A stretch of 64,000 nt of DNA, from IMG/VR virus record IMGVR_UViG_3300020148_000032; one strand, given 5' to 3'. Position 1 is the first letter of the stretch. Each line of letters starts with the position of its first letter. A program made the position numbers and the translations under genes. Source of the stretch: a virus. Taxonomy: Duplodnaviria > Caudoviricetes. Below the pieces are notes generated by a model. The model searched no databases, had not been told where the DNA came from, and was given only the letters and a program-made list of their open reading frames with translations. Below are positions 1-8,584 of this stretch, one piece after another.

Positions 1-567
1 TTAGCAAGATGTTTGGACTGGAGCTCCACAGCTAGAACTTGAAGAAAAAGATGAACGCTTGCGTGCGGCAAGAGTTCTTTCATCCGCTTTAATAGCATCC
101 ACGATTCTTTTGTTTGATCGCTCAAGTGCGTTTATTTGATCAATTACTTCATTATACTTTTTTTGAAGATCAAACAAATGGTCACTCTTAATTTTGTTTT
201 CTTTCCCAAGTTCATTTTTAAGGGTATCTCTTAGATCCGAACTCTTTAAAAGTTGTTTAATTCTCAAAATATTTTCTTTAGTGTCTACAAGATCTCTCTC
301 TATTTTAAGTTTTTGATCATATAAATCTTTTGAGACTTTCTTGTATTCAGCCTTTTGCGATGCAGTGATTCGTTTATTTGCAACTTCAATTTTAGCGGGG
401 TTCTTTTTTAGTGGTTCTTGTTTATTTTCCTCAGAAAGTAATTTTTCTGCTGCACGGAGAGCTTCAGCCATATCATCAAAATGTTCACCACCTAGTCTGC
501 ATTGAATTTTTGCTTTACAAACTGCTGGTAGACCATTTCTTCCAATGTGATAGCGAATTTCAGCCAT
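1..567 (-). CDS. Hypothetical protein with N-terminal YHI/HCCH Zn-finger-like tag and coiled coil
   Basis: N-terminus RYHIGRNGLPAVCKAKIQCRLGGEHF, shared with other ORFs in the window; RBS AGGAG. Confidence 0.75.
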   Translation of the reverse strand: MAEIRYHIGRNGLPAVCKAKIQCRLGGEHFDDMAEALRAAEKLLSEENKQEPLKKNPAKIEVANKRITASQKAEYKKVSKDLYDQKLKIERDLVDTKENILRIKQLLKSSDLRDTLKNELGKENKIKSDHLFDLQKKYNEVIDQINALERSNKRIVDAIKADERTLAARKRSSFSSSSSCGAPVQTSC

Positions 568-672
568 GAGAACTCCTAAAATAAAGTATATGGACTTATC
601 TATAAAGAAAATATCAGATAACTCTTTATTATAAAAGATAGGAGTTAGACATATTTTATATTAAAGGAGATT

Positions 673-977
673 ATAACGAGGCGATTTCATATTAATAATG
701 ATGGTGATATAAAGAAATGCACTGAATTGAAAAGAAGTTGTCGTTATGGCGATAGCGATTCTCACTTTGCTTCTCAAGAAGAAAGCAACTTTTTAGGGCT
801 CCTCATCAAGTTGAAATGAAAAGAATTATGGATTTTGCTGATCAGAGACAATTTGGAACTTTTGCAAATTCTGAAGAGGCCGACAAGGCAAGAAAGTTAT
901 ATGAAACTTTAGAACCTCTTAACAGGGAAATTAGTGAACATCTTAATTCAATTTATTTGAAGAAGAACTATACATAA
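673..977 (+). pseudogene. Disrupted gene with the same HCCH N-terminal tag (non-ATG start, frameshifted)
   Basis: AAGGAGA followed by ATA ACG AGG CGA TTT CAT ATT = TRRFHINNDGDIKKCTELKRSCRYGDSDSHF; stop at 817-819; continues in another frame at 828-977. Confidence 0.6.
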
Positions 978-1022
978 AAAGTGGCGGTGAGGAACATTAT
1001 ATAAGCTCCTCGCCGCCACTTT
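978..1022. terminator. Intrinsic terminator between convergent genes
   Basis: Inverted repeat aaagtggcggtgagga / tcctcgccgccacttt. Confidence 0.75.
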
Positions 1023-1029
1023 CATTTTT

Positions 1030-3612
1030 TTAACCTAATGCTTTTATCATCATGTCTTTCATATCTTCAAACATTGGCATTCTAGGGTTAGCTGGAGCAC
1101 ATTGATCTCCATAAGAATTAACAGCAAGTTCGTCAAGTCGTGATAAGAATTCCTCTTTATTAACACCTAAGTCAACAAATGTTGATGGAATCCCCACTTT
1201 AGTTCTTAACTCTTCAATAGCTCTAGCATATGATTCAACAGCCTCTTCAGGAGTGGAATGAGGAAGGTCAAGAGCTTTAGCTATTTCTTGGAATCTCTCA
1301 TGAGCAATATAGCTTTCGTACTTTGGCCAAGCAGAAAGCTTTGTTGGGATACTTCCATTATACCGTATAGCGTGTGGGAGAAGTAATGCATTAGTTCTTC
1401 CATGAGGAAGATGGAATGCCGAACCTATAGTGTGAGCCATAGCATGTACTACTCCTAAGAATGCATTTCCGAATGCCATACCTGCAATAGTTCCTGCATT
1501 ATGCATCTTTTCCCTTGCTTTTACATCATTAGTTGTTACAGACTTTTCAAGGTTCTCGAAAATGAGTTTGATAGCGTGTAAAGCAAGTCCGTCAGTGAAG
1601 TCATTTGCATATACACTTACATAAGCTTCTGTAGCATGAGTAAGAGCATCAAACCCACTATCAGCAGCCAAGAAAGAAGGCATTTTAGACGTCAATTCTG
1701 GATCAATAATAGCAACTGTTGGGGTAAGAGCATAATCAGCAAGAGGATACTTTCGTCCATTTTCAGTATCAGTAATAACAGCGAATGGAGTCACTTCAGC
1801 GCCAGTTCCTGAAGTCGTAGGAATGCAGACCAGGTGGGCCTTCTTACCTAATGATGGGAACCGGAAAGCGCGCTTCCTTACATCAAAGAATTTCTCACGC
1901 ATGTCAGAGAATTCAACCTCTGGATGTTCGTAAAGCAACCACATCACTTTAGATGCGTCCATTGGAGATCCACCACCAAGGGCAATAATAGTATCAGGGT
2001 TGAACCCACGCATAATTTCAGTGTTCTTCATTACTGTTTTAATTGATGGTTCTGGTTCAGTATCATCAATGATTTGGATAGAAACATTATTTGCTCTCCT
2101 ACGTAGTACGTCAATAATACGATCAACAAAGCCTAATTTAGTCATTGTTGCATCTGTTACAATTGTTACTCTATTAATATTTTCCATGTCAGCAAGATAT
2201 TGAATGCTGTTTCTTTCAAAATATGTCTTTGAAGGGACCTTAAACCATTGCATGTTTGTATTACGGCGCCCAATTCTCTTAATATTAAGAAGATTTACTG
2301 CAGAAACATTATTTGATACAGAATTATGTCCGTAAGAACCGCAACCTAAAGTAAGTGATGGAATAAAAGCGTTATAAATGTCTCCAATTCCACCTAATGA
2401 TGATGGAGAATTTTCAATAACTCTTACAACTTTAACAACATCAGCATATTTCTTTACTAGATCCTTATTCTCTGAGTGAATAGAAGCAGAATGACCAAGA
2501 CCATCAAGTTCAACCATCTGACGAGCAAGATCAATCCCCTCTTCATCATCATTTGCTTTCAAAACTGCAAGAACAGGGCATAATTTCTCTTTAGTAAGCG
2601 GTTCATTATTTCCCACTTCTTTCACTTCTGCAAGAATTACAGAAGTGTCTTTAGGTACGGAGAATCCTGCTTGTTCAGCAATCCATACTGGGCTTTTACC
2701 TACGACTTGCGCGTTTAGTTTAGCTCCAGCGCAATTTTCAGAATGAGCACTTACTCCGAAAATATAATTTTCAAGCAATTCTTTCTCTTTCTTTGTTACT
2801 TTGTAGGCGTGGAGATTAGAGAATTCTTTCATTGCGTCATCATAAATGTCTTTATGGAGAATAACTGCTTGTTCTGATGCACAAACAACTCCATTATCGA
2901 AAGCTTTTGAAAGTACTAGATCGTTAATAGCTCTTTTAAGGTTAGCGTCAGAGGCAACATATGCAGGAACATTACCTGCTCCAACTCCAAGTGCTGGCTT
3001 GCCGCAAGAATAAGCAGCTTTCACCATAGCGTTACCACCTGTTGCTAGAATAAGAGCAACTCCATCATGATTCATGAGAAGGTTAGTGGCCTCGATAGAT
3101 GGTTCTTCAACCCATTGAATACAGTGTTCTGGTGCTCCTGCTTTCACAGCAGCTTCATAAACAATACGGGCGGCCATTACTGATGAACGTTGAGCGTTAG
3201 GATGGAATGCAAAAATAATAGGGTTTCTAGTTTTTAAAGAAATGAGGGACTTGAAAATTGCAGTTGATGTAGGATTAGTTACTGGAGTAATACCAGCAAT
3301 GACACCTACTGGTTCAGCAATCTCAATAATACCTTTAAGGTCATCTTCATTAATAATTCCGACAGTTTTTTGATAACGCATAGAATTAGTCACATGTTCA
3401 CAAGCAAAGATATTCTTTGTTGCTTTATCTTCAATAACTCCTCTTCCAGTTTCTAAAACAGCCTCTGTTGCTAGCTCAATATGTTGATTAAGAGCAGCGA
3501 CGGAGGCTTTTTTGACAATAAGATCAACTTGTTCTTGATCAAGCTTCATGAAATCGTTGAGAGCCTTTTGAGAGTTTTCAACGAGAATGTTAATTTTTTC
3601 TTGTGGGGACAT
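1030..3612 (-). CDS. adhE: Bifunctional acetaldehyde-CoA/alcohol dehydrogenase
   Basis: 860 aa; ALDH motifs (PVTNPTST, ILATGG, GVGAGNVP, CASEQ), linker TLGCGSYG, Fe-ADH motifs (GGGSPMD, TTSGTGAE, DALTHA, HAMAH). Confidence 0.97.
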   Translation of the reverse strand: MSPQEKINILVENSQKALNDFMKLDQEQVDLIVKKASVAALNQHIELATEAVLETGRGVIEDKATKNIFACEHVTNSMRYQKTVGIINEDDLKGIIEIAEPVGVIAGITPVTNPTSTAIFKSLISLKTRNPIIFAFHPNAQRSSVMAARIVYEAAVKAGAPEHCIQWVEEPSIEATNLLMNHDGVALILATGGNAMVKAAYSCGKPALGVGAGNVPAYVASDANLKRAINDLVLSKAFDNGVVCASEQAVILHKDIYDDAMKEFSNLHAYKVTKKEKELLENYIFGVSAHSENCAGAKLNAQVVGKSPVWIAEQAGFSVPKDTSVILAEVKEVGNNEPLTKEKLCPVLAVLKANDDEEGIDLARQMVELDGLGHSASIHSENKDLVKKYADVVKVVRVIENSPSSLGGIGDIYNAFIPSLTLGCGSYGHNSVSNNVSAVNLLNIKRIGRRNTNMQWFKVPSKTYFERNSIQYLADMENINRVTIVTDATMTKLGFVDRIIDVLRRRANNVSIQIIDDTEPEPSIKTVMKNTEIMRGFNPDTIIALGGGSPMDASKVMWLLYEHPEVEFSDMREKFFDVRKRAFRFPSLGKKAHLVCIPTTSGTGAEVTPFAVITDTENGRKYPLADYALTPTVAIIDPELTSKMPSFLAADSGFDALTHATEAYVSVYANDFTDGLALHAIKLIFENLEKSVTTNDVKAREKMHNAGTIAGMAFGNAFLGVVHAMAHTIGSAFHLPHGRTNALLLPHAIRYNGSIPTKLSAWPKYESYIAHERFQEIAKALDLPHSTPEEAVESYARAIEELRTKVGIPSTFVDLGVNKEEFLSRLDELAVNSYGDQCAPANPRMPMFEDMKDMMIKALG

Positions 3613-3668
3613 AGACCTTCTCCTTTGTTAAGTTATCTACAATATTATTATCACTATATTTTTACAGT

Positions 3669-3896
3669 TTGGGTATGACTTTTGTCATACTTTGTGAATT
3701 ATTTAGAAAAATTTTTATAGAAAACCGTTATCGCATTACTTATTATGGGAACAAATTTGGACAGGTTCAAAAAGCTGAGAAAGAAGTGCTCTTACCTAGA
3801 GGAATGTCTTTCAAAGTGACTGACTTTGGTAGATTTAATGTTAATTGTGATGGTTTTGATAGAAAACTTTTCCTTATTTTTCTTGAAGAAGAGTAA
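3669..3896 (+). pseudogene. C-terminal fragment of an ADP-ribosyltransferase (VIP2/Alt-like)
   Basis: AEKEVLLPRGMSFKV resembles the ExE catalytic loop of R-S-E ARTs; no upstream catalytic domain. Confidence 0.5.
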
Positions 3897-3903
3897 TGAG
3901 GAA

Positions 3904-4428
3904 TTATACTTCTGAAGTTTTTCGTAATGTTGGACGTTCTCCGCCTTCTTCTAAACGAGCGCCTTTAACAAAAGATGATCCAAGAATTCCAACATTATAT
4001 GTTCTACCTTTTTCGGCTCTTAAAGAATCCCTAAAAGGGCGCTCTTTAACAGTCCATGCACTTTGCCCTGATGCGTGACTCCATAATTCTGATTTTTCAA
4101 AAATCCAGCCAGTTTCAGTAACGAGTCTTGTTCCGTCAGATGCTTTTTCCAAATCATGATAAAATTTTTCTCGTAACTCGTAATTATTTCTACTATTTTC
4201 AGTGTCTGGTTTGAAAACACTTAATGTATATGATTTAGGACTTGGAGGATAAATAGATTCATTGTTCCACTTAGCAAAGCTTTCTTGTTTCTTTTCATAT
4301 GAAAGTCTTGCGTCTTCTTTACTTTCGTAATGTTCTGTAATTTCACCAAAAGGGCAATTTCCCGTTTTCGCGCGACAGACACTTGGATTACCAGTTTTTG
4401 GATTAACATGAAAAGTCATATAATTCAC
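3904..4428 (-). CDS. Hypothetical protein with N-terminal HCCH tag
   Basis: TFHVNPKTGNPSVCRAKTGNCPFGEITEHY. Confidence 0.75.
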   Translation of the reverse strand: MNYMTFHVNPKTGNPSVCRAKTGNCPFGEITEHYESKEDARLSYEKKQESFAKWNNESIYPPSPKSYTLSVFKPDTENSRNNYELREKFYHDLEKASDGTRLVTETGWIFEKSELWSHASGQSAWTVKERPFRDSLRAEKGRTYNVGILGSSFVKGARLEEGGERPTLRKTSEV

Positions 4429-4459
4429 CTCTTTAAAAAGTTTAATTATTTTCTAACTC

Positions 4460-4735
4460 TTAAAAATCTGAAACCATCACTCCATTGTTTTGGTATTTAT
4501 AACGATAAGTTTCTCGTGTTAATAATTCAGGATAATTATCCTCATGAAACTCTGGGTATGTATCTGGCTGATCTTCGTAATCTTTTAGAATAGAGCTGTG
4601 TGCCTTGAATTTTAAGTAATCTAGAACTCTATAAAAAGTAAGAGATATATCATTATAATTTTTATGATCATAATTAATAGTTAAAGAAATATTGCCAGAA
4701 AATGAGACTGATTCTATATGGACAGATGAGTACAT
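4460..4735 (-). CDS. Hypothetical protein (open frame extends upstream; possibly truncated)
   Basis: ORF track, on the same strand as its neighbours. Confidence 0.45.
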   Translation of the reverse strand: MYSSVHIESVSFSGNISLTINYDHKNYNDISLTFYRVLDYLKFKAHSSILKDYEDQPDTYPEFHEDNYPELLTRETYRYKYQNNGVMVSDF

Positions 4736-4844
4736 GTTAGAGTCAATTATTTCTTTATATGTCTCTAATAACTCTATTACAATATCCTGTATATAAAGTT
4801 TTGGTTCTTTTAAAATGAGCTTTATGTCAAATTGTGACTCCGCT

Positions 4845-5048
4845 TTAGCTCTTTACAGAAATAAGGTTCTTTACGGCGAGCGCGAAGCGTGAAGTGACTG
4901 CCTGAGCGGAAACAAGAGGTTGGGACTGGACTGTCCTCAGGAGAGAACCTAGTTCATTAATCTTTCCTCGATAATTGTTCTTATACCAGTTTTCCCAACT
5001 GTTATCAAAATCATCGTTAGCAACAAGTGTTTTCATAGGGTACCTCAC
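4845..5048 (-). CDS. Small hypothetical protein
   Basis: ORF track; purine-rich upstream sequence. Confidence 0.55.
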   Translation of the reverse strand: MRYPMKTLVANDDFDNSWENWYKNNYRGKINELGSLLRTVQSQPLVSAQAVTSRFALAVKNLISVKS

Positions 5049-5073
5049 TTTCTCATTAATATTATAACCTATT

Positions 5074-5116
5074 ATACTATAAAAGGCAACCTTTACTGGG
5101 TTGCCTTTTATAGTAT
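5074..5116. terminator. Intrinsic terminator
   Basis: 18-bp perfect inverted repeat atactataaaaggcaacc / ggttgccttttatagtat. Confidence 0.75.
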
Positions 5117-5129
5117 TTTAATGAAATAA

Positions 5130-5690
5130 TTAGCGCGGTATTATTTGATAGATTTCTTCAACGAAATGATCGTCAAGGTTCAAGAAATCTGATGCTTTAA
5201 AGTAGAAACTTTCATCATCTTGTTCTTGTATTGAAGAATATGTTTTCTGCAGTTCAAAAACAGATTCAAATTTGAAAGTTCTTTCGTAACCTAATTTGTC
5301 TACTTCGTTTTCATCATTCAAAAAGAAGACGGTGGGCTGTTCTTCTCGAAGAATGATAATAGTGTCCCCGCTGATGAGTTGATTATCAACAGCATTCACT
5401 ATTTCTCGTTTTACTTTTGAAAGATTAAGCCAGAAATCTAATCTTTGTTGAATCTCTTCAAGGTAGATCTCTTCCTTAGTGAGGAAGATAATGTTTCCTG
5501 AGCGCTCTTCAATGTCACGATAGACTTCTCGCAGTCTAGCAACAATTCTCATGACTTCAGGATTCTTCTTGTTAACTAATCCAGAATTATAGAAGGTAAC
5601 GAAGTCAACTGGAGAGCGGAACATTGTCTCACTTAATTCTTTAGTAAGACGAGCAGCCTCTGCATTGTCTCTTGGAAGGAAGTGTGCCAT
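5130..5690 (-). CDS. Hypothetical protein
   Basis: 186-aa ORF with GGAGA RBS. Confidence 0.8.
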   Translation of the reverse strand: MAHFLPRDNAEAARLTKELSETMFRSPVDFVTFYNSGLVNKKNPEVMRIVARLREVYRDIEERSGNIIFLTKEEIYLEEIQQRLDFWLNLSKVKREIVNAVDNQLISGDTIIILREEQPTVFFLNDENEVDKLGYERTFKFESVFELQKTYSSIQEQDDESFYFKASDFLNLDDHFVEEIYQIIPR

Positions 5691-5871
5691 GATTCTCCAT
5701 ATCTGTGGTAGTTGTGATGGTACATCAAAAATAATATCGCTTTAAAGAAAAATTCTTAATAAAAAGAGTAAAGAATCAAGCGTTGCTATGATCATCTATT
5801 AATACATAGTCTAACACGTTAGTCTGTAGTCTAACGGTATTTTTATCAATTTATGTAGAACCACAAATGCT

Positions 5872-5918
5872 AAGAATCGCCCTGACTAAGCTGCGGATAC
5901 TCAGTCAGGGCGATTCTT
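5872..5918. terminator. Intrinsic terminator / stable hairpin
   Basis: 16-bp inverted repeat aagaatcgccctgact / agtcagggcgattctt. Confidence 0.7.
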
Positions 5919-5949
5919 TCTTAAAGGTTAGATTTATTTTAACAAAAAA

Positions 5950-6723
5950 TTACTTGAAATCTCTCAAAGAATTCATATCGAACACTCTCGAATAAGAGTC
6001 AAATGGCTTTACCGCATTAACTGCAATCTGCGAAACAAGAGTAGTGTTGATTCTGTTCTTATCTCTGTCAGAAATCATTTTCCATTTCTCGTTGAGTAAT
6101 TCTTCAAAACGAGCAAGTTCTACAAGTCTGAAAGATTGAGTGTACCAGTTTCTGTTACGGAAAACTACAATATCCTCAGAATTAATACAAACAATTCCGG
6201 TAAGGCTAGCACTATCATGTAAGAAGTTCAACCAAAGATAGAGAGCGCTTTTCATATTAAGCTTTCCGCCGCCGAAAGTTTGATTAGTTCGTAAAGCTTC
6301 GCCATTCTCACTAACAGTGTAATTCTTTTTTGATTTCCATCTTTTCGTATCAATAAGGATAACTTCATTACCTATAACGATAACATGGTCGGTATCTCCA
6401 CCATCAATAAATCCCGTTTCCTCATCAATCTCTTCCTTACCCCAACCCCTAACATGAACAGAATCAATAAGGACAGCATTAGGCTTATCGGCGATCCATT
6501 TTTTCAAGAATCTAGTAGTATCTCTTTCTCCTTCCATACCCACTTTTGCAAGTTCTGGCTTAATCCCCGAATTAATAACTTCAGGATTAAAAACTTGATG
6601 AGTAAGCGAAGCAGCTGAAGATCCAAAATATCTTCTTCCTGATTCTAAAGCTTTCTGAACCATTTTAGCAGCTTCTTGAGTGACACCTTCAATATTCTTT
6701 ACTGGAGGTTCTACTGTTATCAT
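5950..6723 (-). CDS. NERD-domain (PD-(D/E)xK) nuclease-like protein
   Basis: G.EGE motif and GDTDHVIVIGNEVILIDTKRWK. Confidence 0.75.
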   Translation of the reverse strand: MITVEPPVKNIEGVTQEAAKMVQKALESGRRYFGSSAASLTHQVFNPEVINSGIKPELAKVGMEGERDTTRFLKKWIADKPNAVLIDSVHVRGWGKEEIDEETGFIDGGDTDHVIVIGNEVILIDTKRWKSKKNYTVSENGEALRTNQTFGGGKLNMKSALYLWLNFLHDSASLTGIVCINSEDIVVFRNRNWYTQSFRLVELARFEELLNEKWKMISDRDKNRINTTLVSQIAVNAVKPFDSYSRVFDMNSLRDFK

Positions 6724-8576
6724 TCTAATACACCTGCACTTCTTTTCCAGAAACCATCAGTGTTGTCTGAACACTGAATACTTATTTGCTGTTCAGTATC
6801 AATATCAATAGAAACAGTTTCCCCTACACAAGTTTGCGATTCTCTAGAAAGTATCCAAGTAAGAGGGCTTGTCAATTGAGGATTTAATGAATAAACCGTA
6901 ACAGTTGGCGTAACTTCTAGAATAACGTCTCCAGTGTTTACTATAGTCCCTTTTACAAGGTTTGTATTAGAGTCGTATGAAAGATTTTGTATAACTCCAG
7001 AACCATTATCTGGAAGTTCTATTGTAGATTTTTGTGGAACAATATAATAATTGATAGCAAAAAGAACTCCAACAGTGAACAATAGAGGGAAGAAGTTAGC
7101 AATTTTCTTTAAGATCTCAGTAGCAGACAATATTGGTTTAAAGATCATCCCTATAATAGGGATAGATGAAAGAATCTTTAGAATAAACATTAAAAGATTG
7201 AAGAAAATATTAACAAAGAACATATAAATATTAGTGATAAAAGCAAATGGGTTCTTTCTAGAGTTGGAATTATTTACTTTTGGCTTTGATCTAACGCTTT
7301 TCTTTGGCGCGCGACCTTTCGCATCAGGGTCTTCACCTTTTAATTCGGCTTTTATTTTATCCAAAAATGACATTTGAGAATTAACATCTGCAGGCTCTAA
7401 ATCTTTTTTGGTAAGAGATGGAAATTCTTGCATATCTTCAGGAATTTCTTCATCATCTTTTTGTCCAGAGAATAATTCTCTTTCAAGTTCATCTTCAAAG
7501 TCTTCATCATCTTCATCTAAGGCAGAATATTTTTCCTCTTGTAGTCTTGCAGAAGGAGTTTTGTTTTCTTCAGTTAATCCAGAAATGTATTTATCAAATT
7601 CATCATCTTCAAACTCTGTTGATATTGACATTTTTCTCGGCTCGCTAGAAGTTTCTTCATCGTCGGAGTCTTCTTCCTCATCAAAGTCCCAATTACTATC
7701 ATCTTCATCATTAGAATCTACATTTAATTGTGCGAGAATTTCAGCAAGCTCTTTATCTATTTCTTCTTCATCGGAATCATCTTCGTTATCCGAATCTTTA
7801 TCGTCAGATAAAGAGTTATCCTCGTCAGAGTCAAAAGAATCATTGTCAAGATTAAGTTTATCTAGAATTGCAGCTAAATCATCATCAGTAGATTCACCAT
7901 TTGAATCATCATCATTCGAAGAAACTTCTTCAACCTCAGGAATCATATTAATGTATTGTTCGATATCAAAATCATTATTTTCAGGTGAAGTTTCAATATT
8001 ATCATCAGGCAATTCTAGAGGTTCACCATTCATTGAATTTTCATCAATTTGAGGTAACGAATCTGTAGAGTAAGGATCGTCCTCACTTACTAGTACGAAT
8101 TCTTTATAATCGTCAGAGTCATTATATTCATCTGATGCATTAAATGTTACTGGTGTTGGAAGATCAAGTATTGGAGAATCCGGTAAAGAATGCTCTTGTA
8201 TTTTCTCTATTGCATTTTCCTGAATGTGTACTTCATCTTGAGATACCTTATTGAAAGGTATTGAATCATCATCATCATCAAAGAAAGAATTGCTAGATTG
8301 AGAGATAGACTTCTTGTAATTAAGCGGTTTTCCTAATGGTTTATTACCATTATTATTTCTAGACGAAGAATCTAATTGTTGATTCATTTGAACATCAGGA
8401 GATTTCGGTAAAGTATTTGTAAGAGGTTGCTCTTCAGGTAGACGAATAGGTCCGTTTTGAGAAATAGGAATATCTGGTAAAGATAGACCCTGATCAATAT
8501 CTGGAAGCTCGCTTTGGTCTCCTTTAGAATCTGATAAAGGATTTCTACCAGAGGATGGATTAATTGGAAGAGCCAA
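6720..8576 (-). CDS. Large acidic low-complexity membrane protein
   Basis: Asp/Glu-rich N-terminal 400 aa, hydrophobic helices near aa 445-515, C-terminal beta-rich domain. Confidence 0.8.
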   Translation of the reverse strand: MALPINPSSGRNPLSDSKGDQSELPDIDQGLSLPDIPISQNGPIRLPEEQPLTNTLPKSPDVQMNQQLDSSSRNNNGNKPLGKPLNYKKSISQSSNSFFDDDDDSIPFNKVSQDEVHIQENAIEKIQEHSLPDSPILDLPTPVTFNASDEYNDSDDYKEFVLVSEDDPYSTDSLPQIDENSMNGEPLELPDDNIETSPENNDFDIEQYINMIPEVEEVSSNDDDSNGESTDDDLAAILDKLNLDNDSFDSDEDNSLSDDKDSDNEDDSDEEEIDKELAEILAQLNVDSNDEDDSNWDFDEEEDSDDEETSSEPRKMSISTEFEDDEFDKYISGLTEENKTPSARLQEEKYSALDEDDEDFEDELERELFSGQKDDEEIPEDMQEFPSLTKKDLEPADVNSQMSFLDKIKAELKGEDPDAKGRAPKKSVRSKPKVNNSNSRKNPFAFITNIYMFFVNIFFNLLMFILKILSSIPIIGMIFKPILSATEILKKIANFFPLLFTVGVLFAINYYIVPQKSTIELPDNGSGVIQNLSYDSNTNLVKGTIVNTGDVILEVTPTVTVYSLNPQLTSPLTWILSRESQTCVGETVSIDIDTEQQISIQCSDNTDGFWKRSAGVLE

Positions 8577-8584
8577 TTTTACTC

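Noticed and set aside
7408-8052. 214-aa Ser-rich plus-strand ORF and similar antisense ORFs (11360, 29305, 30766, 62241)
   Set aside because: Shadows of real minus-strand genes; no RBS or motifs.
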